This document shows positions 9,469 through 17,056 of a stretch of DNA of 64,000 bases, piece by piece. The translations under genes and the position numbers were made by a program. Within the stretch, counting starts at the first letter, position 1, and each line of letters begins with the position of its first letter. The DNA comes from Actinomycetota bacterium (GTDB lineage Bacteria; Actinomycetota; UBA4738; HRBIN12). Location: assembly GCA_026003015.1 (NCBI GenBank), contig BPGL01000001.1:64922-128921 (forward strand), in the 5' to 3' direction. The notes under the pieces are model-generated. The model saw only the letters and a program-made list of their open reading frames with translations. It did not search any database and was not told the origin of the DNA.

Positions 9469-10410
9469 TCATGCTCCCGCGAGCGCGCGCTCGATCGCCT
9501 GGTCGAAGGACATCGGACGGATCTGTGGGAAGAGCGTCGCCGCTCGCTCGTCTCGAACGACGGTCTCGTTGCGCATGCCGAGCACGAGCGGCCGGGCGAC
9601 GTCGACCGACACCGAGGTGGTGAGCCCGCACCACATCGCGGAGAGCCGTGGTGTGAGCACCGGCACGCCGAGGATCAGCGGGCGCCTCCCTTCCTTGCGC
9701 GCGAGCGTCAGCATCATCTCCCGGAAGGTCAGCACGTCCGGGCCTCCCACCTCGACGATGGTGTGGTGCTCGCTCGTGGCGACGTGCCGCGCCGCCGAGA
9801 GGTAGCGCACGACGTCCGCGATCGCGATGGGCTGCGTGCGGGTGTCGACCCAGCGCGGCACGATCATGACCGGCAGTCGTCGGACGAGGTCGTGGAGCAT
9901 GCGGAACGAGGCGCTCCGGGCGCCGATGACGATGCCGGCGCGGAGCTCGACGACCTCCGGGCCGTGCTCGGCGAGGATCCGCCCCGTCTCGTGACGGCTG
10001 CTGAGGTGCGCCGACAGGTCGTCGTCGTCTCGCCCGAGCCCTCCCAGGTACACGATCCGGCGGACGCCGGCCGACGCGGCCGCACGCGCGAAGTTCGTGG
10101 CGCCCTCGCGGTCGCGGGCTCGGAAGGCCGCCCCGGCGCCCATCGAGTGCACGAGGTAGTACGCGACGTCGACCGCTGCGAGCGGCTCGACGAGCGTTCC
10201 CGGGACGAGGACGTCGACGCGGGCGGGAGGAAGCCCGGGCCAGCGCTCGGCGAGCGCCTCGGGGTTGCGACCGGCGGGGGTCGGCCGCTCGCCCAGCGAG
10301 AGCAGGTGGTCCACCAGGGCCGAGCCGATGGCTCCGGAGGCTCCGACCACGAGGGGGCCGGCGCGGGTTCTTGCCCATGGATCGCCCGAACTTAGGCGTC
10401 GCCTCGTCAC
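9469..10410 (-). CDS. Atypical SDR / NAD(P)H-binding protein (YbjT-like); true start uncertain
   Basis: GASGAIG, AYYLVHSM, RRIVYLGGLG, HLSSRHETG, TQPIAIADV; ends 28 nt before the heliorhodopsin start. Confidence 0.88.
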   Translation of the reverse strand: MTRRRLSSGDPWARTRAGPLVVGASGAIGSALVDHLLSLGERPTPAGRNPEALAERWPGLPPARVDVLVPGTLVEPLAAVDVAYYLVHSMGAGAAFRARDREGATNFARAAASAGVRRIVYLGGLGRDDDDLSAHLSSRHETGRILAEHGPEVVELRAGIVIGARSASFRMLHDLVRRLPVMIVPRWVDTRTQPIAIADVVRYLSAARHVATSEHHTIVEVGGPDVLTFREMMLTLARKEGRRPLILGVPVLTPRLSAMWCGLTTSVSVDVARPLVLGMRNETVVRDERAATLFPQIRPMSFDQAIERALAGA

Positions 10411-10498
10411 CCGGTCGCTGGTCGGGATGCGGCGGCGCGTGGTCGAACGCCGCCCCGATCAGAGCCGGGGGATCGGTCACGCGATCTGCTCGGCGACC

Positions 10499-11419
10499 TC
10501 ATCCTCGAGCTCTCCGGGGCTCTCCCGTTGATCTTTGCGTCGCAGGCTGGCGAAGAAGCGTCCCCGTCGTGCGCTGCTCGATGGAAACGCGGTCCCGGAA
10601 GGCCTCGGTGACCCGATCAAGGAAGATCGCAAGGATCACGACGCAAAGGCCGCTCTCGAACCCCAGACCGATCTCCAGCCGGGTGACCGACCGCACCACG
10701 AGCGCGCCGAGTCCCGGTGCGCCACCCAGGCCGGCGATCACGACCATCGACAGCGACAGCATGATCACTTGGTTCACACCGGCCATGATCGTGGGCATCG
10801 CCAATGGGATCTGTACCTGGCGAAGCGTCTGCCCGGTTCTCGAACCGAATGCGTCGGCCGCCTCGACCACCTCCCGGTCTACCTGCCGGATCCCCAGCTC
10901 GGTCAGGCGGACGGCCGGGGGGAGGGCGAAGATGACGCTCGCCACCACGCCGGGTACGACCCCGACGCGGAAGAAGATCACCGCCACGAGGAGGTAGATG
11001 AACGCAGGCATCGTCTGCATGAAGTCCAGGATCGGCCGCATCGTAGCGCTCACGGCGCGGCTGCGGGCTGCCAGGAGTCCGAACGGTACGCCCAGCGCGA
11101 TCGCGACGCCGGCGGCGATCAGCACAAGCGCAAGGGTCTGCATCGTCTCGCTCCAGAAGCCCATCTGATCGACCAGCAGGAAAGCCAGCGCGGTGAACAC
11201 CGCAAGGCTCCAGCCGCGGATCGTGAGTGCGAGCAGCGTGAAGAGTGCGATCAAGGCCGCGGCCGGCGGACCCGTCAGTACATCGGTCAAGGCTGTTACG
11301 AAGAACGATGTAGCGTCGGAGACCAAGTCGAAGACCGGGTCGAGGGTCGACGTGATCCATCGGACCAGGCTGTCAACCGGGCTCGCCAGGTCGACGTCGG
11401 CCAGGAGCTCACGTGGCAT
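10499..11419 (-). CDS. proW: Glycine betaine/proline ABC transporter permease (ProW/OpuAB)
   Basis: RPILDFMQTMPAFIYL, RLTELGIRQV, EAADAFG, AGVNQVIMLSLSMVVIA. Confidence 0.92.
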   Translation of the reverse strand: MPRELLADVDLASPVDSLVRWITSTLDPVFDLVSDATSFFVTALTDVLTGPPAAALIALFTLLALTIRGWSLAVFTALAFLLVDQMGFWSETMQTLALVLIAAGVAIALGVPFGLLAARSRAVSATMRPILDFMQTMPAFIYLLVAVIFFRVGVVPGVVASVIFALPPAVRLTELGIRQVDREVVEAADAFGSRTGQTLRQVQIPLAMPTIMAGVNQVIMLSLSMVVIAGLGGAPGLGALVVRSVTRLEIGLGFESGLCVVILAIFLDRVTEAFRDRVSIEQRTTGTLLRQPATQRSTGEPRRARG

Positions 11420-12608
11420 CGGCAGCCTCCTCCTCACCTGCGATCGCGGCCAGCAGCGTCGCCCGGGGTACCACTCCCAGCAGGCGGCGCTCGTCGTCGA
11501 CCACGGCGATGGGCACGCGATCCTGTGCGGCGAGCCGCGACAGGTTGATGAGCCGAGTGGAAGGATGAACCTCAGCGTGCTCGCGGATCAAGACATCCCT
11601 CACCCGGGTCTTTCCCTGCGAGATCGCCTGGGCGATCCGGTGGTCCTTGGCCACACCGAGGATCCTGCCGGCTGGATCGAGCACGTACAGGGCGTTCTGC
11701 TCCAGCTCGCTCAGCTTGTTGAGCAGGTCGCGGAGGTCGTCGTCGGGCGAGGCGGTGAGGAGCGGCTTCTTCATCACCTGCTCGGCGGTCAGGCATCGCG
11801 AACGGTCGACGTCGGAGATGAAGTCGGCGACGTACTCGTTGGCTGGCTCTGCGATGATCTCGCCTCCGGTGCCGACCTGTACGACGGCCCCGTCGCGCAT
11901 CACGGCGATGCGGTCCCCGACGCGCATCGCCTCGTTGAGATCGTGGGTGATGAAGACGATCGTCCGCTTAAGGTCCCGTTGCAGATCGAGCAGCAGGTTC
12001 TGCATGTCCCGACGGATGAGCGGGTCGAGGGCGCTGAACGGCTCGTCCATCAGCAGCACGTCGGCATCCGTTGCGAGCCCACGAGCGAGGCCGACGCGCT
12101 GCTTCATGCCGCCCGACAGCTCGTGGGGGAACGCGTCTGCGAAGTTCGTGAGCCCGACGATCTCGAGAGCTTCCATGGCGCGACGCCGACGTTCCGCTGC
12201 ATCGACACCCCGCACCTGAAGCCCATACGCGGCGTTTTCCCAGACCCTCCTATGAGGGAACAGTGCGAAGTGCTGGAAGACCATGCTGATCTTCGTCATC
12301 CTCAGCTCGCGCAGCTGCGAGGCAGACATCCTGGTGACATCCTCGCCATCGACCTCGACCGACCCCGAGGTGGGGTCATGGAGGCGGTTGATCATGCGGA
12401 CCAACGTGGACTTGCCCGAGCCGGAGAGCCCCATGACGACGAAGAGCTCGCCTTCCTCGATGTCGAAGCTGACATCGTGGACCGCGATGAGGAGCTTCTC
12501 TTTGCGGAGGATCTCGTCGCGGGTCATACCGCGGGCGAGCAGGTCGAGTGCCCGCTCCGGCTGCTTGCCGAACACCTTCGTGACGCCGCGCAGCGAGATC
12601 TTGTTCAT
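11409..12608 (-). CDS. proV: Glycine betaine/proline ABC transporter ATP-binding protein with CBS pair (ProV/OpuAA)
   Basis: GLSGSGKST, LSGGMKQR, LMDEPFSALDPLIRRDMQ, C-terminal CBS-like region. Confidence 0.93.
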   Translation of the reverse strand: MNKISLRGVTKVFGKQPERALDLLARGMTRDEILRKEKLLIAVHDVSFDIEEGELFVVMGLSGSGKSTLVRMINRLHDPTSGSVEVDGEDVTRMSASQLRELRMTKISMVFQHFALFPHRRVWENAAYGLQVRGVDAAERRRRAMEALEIVGLTNFADAFPHELSGGMKQRVGLARGLATDADVLLMDEPFSALDPLIRRDMQNLLLDLQRDLKRTIVFITHDLNEAMRVGDRIAVMRDGAVVQVGTGGEIIAEPANEYVADFISDVDRSRCLTAEQVMKKPLLTASPDDDLRDLLNKLSELEQNALYVLDPAGRILGVAKDHRIAQAISQGKTRVRDVLIREHAEVHPSTRLINLSRLAAQDRVPIAVVDDERRLLGVVPRATLLAAIAGEEEAADAT

Positions 12609-12807
12609 CGTGTCGGCGCCATCCCCCTTCGCGGTCGACGCATCTCTTCAGATCACTGGATCCGCTTAGGCCGTATCGAACCCCATCGCGTGTCCGAGTG
12701 CCAACCGCTCTGCAGTGGCATCCCTGGTGCCCGCACGGCTTCGCGCTCGATGCCGACCCCGCCCACGACGGGTTCCACCTCGCGGGTGGGCCTCAAGTCT
12801 CGACGCG

Positions 12808-12834
12808 AGAGGGCCCCGATCGACGGGGCCCTCT
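12808..12834 (-). terminator. 11-bp hairpin downstream of the betaine-binding protein gene
   Basis: AGAGGGCCCCG-ATCGA-CGGGGCCCTCT. Confidence 0.6.
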
Positions 12835-12863
12835 TCGCCGGTCCTCGTGGTTCCGCGCTCGGA

Positions 12864-13775
12864 TCAGGACAGCCATGCCTCGACGACGGAGCGGTTCTCC
12901 TCCAGCCATGCCTTGGCCGACTCGAGCTCTTTGCCCTCGGGCCCGTCGACGAGGATCGCGACCTCCAGGTCTGCGAGCGTGGCTCCGTCGAGCTCGAAGT
13001 TCTGGAGCCATCCGGCCACCTCGGGGAAGTCCTCACGGAAGCCCTTGCGGGCGAGCACGTGGATCTCGTCAGGCTGGCCGAGCGCACCCTCGGGATCCTC
13101 GAGGTTCTTCAGGTCGTACTTGCCGTATGCCCAGTGCGGCTCCCACAGGGTCACGACGATCGGCTCCTGCGCCGAGTAGGCCTTGTCGAGCTCTGCGAGC
13201 ATCGCCGGGGTCGAGCTCTCGACCAGCGTGTACTCGTCCTCGAGGCCATAGGTGGGCATCACCTCCTCGCGGGAGATCCGCATCAGCCCAGAGCCGGCCT
13301 CGATCCCGACGATCCGGCCATCGAACATGTCGGCCTTGCCTTGTAGATCGGCGATCGAGTTCACGTCATCGACGTACGCCGGTACGACCCAGGTGAGTGG
13401 CGCTTGGTCGTACCAGACCTTCAAGTCGTCGATGTCCTGGCCGAACTGGGCCCAGTAGTCCGCGTGGGTGGCCGGGAGCCAACCATCGAAGAACAGGTCG
13501 ATGTCACCGTTGGCCAGACCGGAGTACAAGCCTCCGACCTCGAGCTGGGTCACCTCGACGGTGTACCCCCGCTCCTCGAGGATCGCCTGCCACAGGTTCG
13601 TGACCGCGATCGCCTCATCCCACGGGATCAGGCCGATCCTGATCGTGCCACCACCGGTGCCGGCATCGCCGCCGGCCGTGTCCCCCCCGTTCCCGCAGGC
13701 GGTCGCCACGATCGCCACCACGGCGAGCACGGCCAGCATCCGCAGAGAGAGACGTTGCTGCCTCCGTGCATCCAT
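12864..13775 (-). CDS. Glycine betaine ABC transporter substrate-binding lipoprotein (OpuAC/ProX)
   Basis: GGAGGAGG RBS; lipobox ATAC; PWDEAIAVT, WLPATH, GIEAGSG, LWEPHW. Confidence 0.92.
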   Translation of the reverse strand: MDARRQQRLSLRMLAVLAVVAIVATACGNGGDTAGGDAGTGGGTIRIGLIPWDEAIAVTNLWQAILEERGYTVEVTQLEVGGLYSGLANGDIDLFFDGWLPATHADYWAQFGQDIDDLKVWYDQAPLTWVVPAYVDDVNSIADLQGKADMFDGRIVGIEAGSGLMRISREEVMPTYGLEDEYTLVESSTPAMLAELDKAYSAQEPIVVTLWEPHWAYGKYDLKNLEDPEGALGQPDEIHVLARKGFREDFPEVAGWLQNFELDGATLADLEVAILVDGPEGKELESAKAWLEENRSVVEAWLS

Positions 13776-13810
13776 GCGGACCCCTCCTCCCCAGCGCCCG
13801 AACGACATTG

Positions 13811-13828
13811 ACACACACACACACACAC
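13811..13828. repeat. (AC)9 dinucleotide microsatellite
   Basis: ACACACACACACACACAC read directly, 36 nt upstream of the OpuAC start codon. Confidence 0.95.
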
Positions 13829-13875
13829 CTAGATCGGCATTTGGTCGCGGAGCGGCAGGTTCGGACAAGGACTTC

Positions 13876-13904
13876 GTTGCGCAGCGTGCAACATGGCGCA
13901 TGTT
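13876..13904. promoter_or_regulatory. Overlapping palindromes upstream of the betaine operon (candidate operator)
   Basis: GTTGCGC-AGC-GTGCAAC (13876-13892) and AACATG-GCG-CATGTT (13890-13904). Confidence 0.45.
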
Positions 13905-14072
13905 TCTTGCTGGCTTCCGGGCCCTGGATCGCTTCCGGCTCACGCGCAAATCGCGCGAACGGAGATGAACCCGATGCGGGTAGATCTGGCCGTGTCCAGC
14001 GGGTTCGCCGGGGTTGTGCCGAGCGCTGAAGAGCCGGAGGGCACGGTTGCGGTCCTTCGGTGAGGTGCGGGG

Positions 14073-14104
14073 ACCGGGACCGGCCGCGCCCGGCCGGTCC
14101 CGGT
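14073..14104 (-). terminator. Perfect 14-bp hairpin just after the hypothetical secreted protein gene
   Basis: ACCGGGACCGGCCG-CGCC-CGGCCGGTCCCGGT. Confidence 0.7.
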
Positions 14105-14111
14105 TCAGCGG

Positions 14112-14648
14112 TCAGTCGATGAACAGTCCGTTGTAGATGCAGTCGGCGCCGCGCATGTGGACACCCGCGCTGACGCGGGCGATCAGAACGTCACCGCGCG
14201 GCGACTCGGCGATGACCTCCTGGTAGTAGTCGTAGCCGTAGTAGCGCGGCATGGTGTCCGACGGCTCATACCCCGACCACCGCCAGAGGCCGTCCGCCCT
14301 GTCCAGGCGGGTGTCGGTCTCGTTCGAGGCGTCTGTCGAGAACGCGAGCGCGTTGTCCACGAGCGCGCGGAGGCCATAGGCGGCCTCCACCTGCCCGCCG
14401 CCGAGGTCGAGGCATCGCGCGACGACCTTGAAGGCTGCGTTCCGGTAAAGGGTGACCTGCTCGCCGACCGACAGCTTCACCCGGTCCACGGTGTACACAC
14501 CGCTCCTGGCCGCGAGCCCCTGGCCTGGGGCGGCCGTCGCTCCCGGCGCGCTCCGAAGCACGGCGACGAGCGCGACGAGCGCGACGAGCGTGACGAGCGC
14601 CGCAACGACGCTCCACCGAGGGAGTCGCAGCACGACGGGGTCGTTCAC
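14112..14648 (-). CDS. Hypothetical secreted/membrane-anchored protein
   Basis: AAAGGAGG RBS before GTG; hydrophobic N-terminus; two Cys; downstream hairpin. Confidence 0.7.
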   Translation of the reverse strand: MNDPVVLRLPRWSVVAALVTLVALVALVAVLRSAPGATAAPGQGLAARSGVYTVDRVKLSVGEQVTLYRNAAFKVVARCLDLGGGQVEAAYGLRALVDNALAFSTDASNETDTRLDRADGLWRWSGYEPSDTMPRYYGYDYYQEVIAESPRGDVLIARVSAGVHMRGADCIYNGLFID

Positions 14649-14878
14649 CCCTTGCCCTCCTTTCCGCCGAGCCCCTTGCACGAGGGGCCAGCTCCTGACC
14701 TGTCGCGCTGTCTATACCACGAGCAACGGCAGGACACGGGGAGCACGAGGCGGTGGCCCAGGTGGTCTCAGGGCCGAGGGAGTCGCTCCGTCACCTCGTT
14801 GTCGATCCCTCCGCGACGACCATCCCGGCTATGGCCGATCTCCCGGGTCCCGCGTCCACGTCCCGGGGAACCAGAGCG

Positions 14879-14951
<73 letters not shown>

Positions 14952-15012
14952 TCGTGCCCACCAGGCTACCGCCTCGCCCCGGCGGCCGGCAGGGCGCGGC
15001 TATGCTCGGTGC

Positions 15013-15386
15013 GTGTCCCCGCGCGTGCTCCTCGTCGACGACGACCCCGTGATCCTGCGCCTGCTCGAGGTGAACTTCCGACTCGAGGGCTTCGAGGTGG
15101 CGACGGCCTCGAGCGGCGAGCAGGGGCTCGAGGCGGCCCGGCGCGAGCCCCCCGACGCGGCGGTGCTCGACGTGATGATGCCGGGCCTCGACGGCTACGA
15201 GGTCGCCCGACGCCTTCGCGACGAGGGGACCGCTGCGCGACCCACCAGCTCGTCTTCCTGACCGCGCGCGGCGTCGAGGCCGACCCGCAGCCCGAGCTCG
15301 CTGGGATCGAGCGCGTCGCCAAGCCGTTCGACCCGGCGGCCCTCGTCCGCCTCGTGCGGTCCCGGATCGGGGAGCCGCAGGGGTGA
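15013..15386 (+). pseudogene. Single-domain response regulator, frameshifted near 15240 (or sequencing error)
   Basis: VLLVDDD...VLDVMMPGLDG in the first frame stops at 15261; LVFLTA...KPFDP continues in another frame to TGA at 15386. Confidence 0.8.
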
Positions 15387-17056
15387 TCGAGGACGAGCTG
15401 AAGGAGCTGCTCCGCCGCGCCCTGCAGGCGGCCGCCCCGGGGCTCGGGCTGGATGGGGAGCTCCCCGAGCCGGAGCTGTTCACCCCGCGCCAGAAGGAGC
15501 ACGGCGACGTGGCGACGAACGTCGCCCTCGCGCTCGCCGCCCGTGCCGGTCGTCCACCGGTCGAGGTGGCGCGCGCGATCGTCGAGGCGCTGCCGCCGGC
15601 CCCGTTCGTCGAGCGCGTGGAGGTCGCCGGCCCCGGGTTCATCAACGTGTTCCTCGCCGAGCGTTGGCTCGTCGACGTCGTGCGGGCGGTGGCGGCGGCG
15701 GGGGAGCGCTTCGGGTGGGCGCCGCCCAGCGGTCGACGCGCCCAGGTCGAGTTCGTGAGCGCGAACCCCACGGGACCCCTGCACATCGGGCACGCGCGCA
15801 ACGCCGCCCTCGGGGACGCCCTCGCGCGCCTGCTCGAGGCCGCCGGGTGGCAGGTCGAGCGCGAGTACTACTTCAACGACGCCGGCGGACAGATGGACCG
15901 GTTCGGACGCTCGGTGGAGGCGCGCTACCTCGAGCTCGTGGGCCGCGAGGCCGAGGTGCCCGAGGACGGCTACCACGGCGAGTACGTGCGCGACCTCGCC
16001 CGCGACATCCTCGCGGCCGAGGGACCGGGGCTCGCCGACCTGCCCGCGGACGAACGGCTCGTTCGGCTGCGTTCCGAGGGCGTGCGCCGCGTCCTGGCTC
16101 AGATCGAGCGGACGCTCGAGCGGTTCGGCGTGCGCTTCGACTCGTTCGTCTCCGAGGCCTCGCTCGCCGAGCGCGGCGAGGTCGGCGCGGCGGTCGATCG
16201 CCTGCGCGCCGCCGGCTACGCCTACGAGGCCGACGGGGCGGTGTGGTTCCGCTCGACGGCGTTCGGGGACGACAAGGACCGCGTGCTCGTCCGGTCCAAC
16301 GGTGTTCACACGTACTTCGGCGCCGACTGCGCGTACCTCATCGACAAGTTCTCCCGGGGGTTCGACCGGTTGGTGTACGTGTGGGGGGCGGACCACCACG
16401 GCGACGTCGCCCGGCTGCGGGGGGCGGCGGCCGCTTTGGGCTACGACCCGGAGGCGGTGGAGATCGTGCTGTACCAGTGGGTGACGTTCCGCCGGGGTGG
16501 CGAGCCGGTCGCGATGAGCAAACGCGCCGGCACCTTCGTGACGCTCGATCAGTTGATCGACGAGGTGGGGGCCGACGCCGCGCGCTGGCACCTGCTCACG
16601 TTCAGCAACGACGCCGCGATGTCCTTCGACATCGACGAGGTGAAGCGACGCTCGATGGACAACCCCGTCTACTACGTGCAGTACGGGCACGCGCGCATCG
16701 CCTCGATCCTGCGCAAGGCGCGCGAGGCGGGGGTCGAGCTTCGGCCGATCGCCGAGGTCGACCTCGATCTGCTGGCTCATCCGAGCGAGCTCGACCTGCT
16801 GCGCGCGATCGCCGGGGTGCCGGGCCTGATCGCGACGGCGGCCTCGATGCGCGCGCCGCACCGGCTCACGCACGCCGCGCACGACCTCGCCGGTCGGTTC
16901 CATCGCTTCTACACCGAGTGCCGCGTGGTCTCCGACGACGAGGCGCTCACGCAGGCCCGCCTGTGGCTCGCGCGAGCCACCCAGCTCGTGCTCGCGGGCC
17001 TGTTGGGTCTGCTGGGGATCGGGGCCCCCGAGCGGATGGAGCGCCCCGATGCCTGA
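15383..17056 (+). CDS. argS: Arginine--tRNA ligase
   Basis: EFVSANPTGPLHIGHAR (HIGH), MSKRAG, NPVYYVQYGHARI. Confidence 0.98.
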   Translation: MIEDELKELLRRALQAAAPGLGLDGELPEPELFTPRQKEHGDVATNVALALAARAGRPPVEVARAIVEALPPAPFVERVEVAGPGFINVFLAERWLVDVVRAVAAAGERFGWAPPSGRRAQVEFVSANPTGPLHIGHARNAALGDALARLLEAAGWQVEREYYFNDAGGQMDRFGRSVEARYLELVGREAEVPEDGYHGEYVRDLARDILAAEGPGLADLPADERLVRLRSEGVRRVLAQIERTLERFGVRFDSFVSEASLAERGEVGAAVDRLRAAGYAYEADGAVWFRSTAFGDDKDRVLVRSNGVHTYFGADCAYLIDKFSRGFDRLVYVWGADHHGDVARLRGAAAALGYDPEAVEIVLYQWVTFRRGGEPVAMSKRAGTFVTLDQLIDEVGADAARWHLLTFSNDAAMSFDIDEVKRRSMDNPVYYVQYGHARIASILRKAREAGVELRPIAEVDLDLLAHPSELDLLRAIAGVPGLIATAASMRAPHRLTHAAHDLAGRFHRFYTECRVVSDDEALTQARLWLARATQLVLAGLLGLLGIGAPERMERPDA

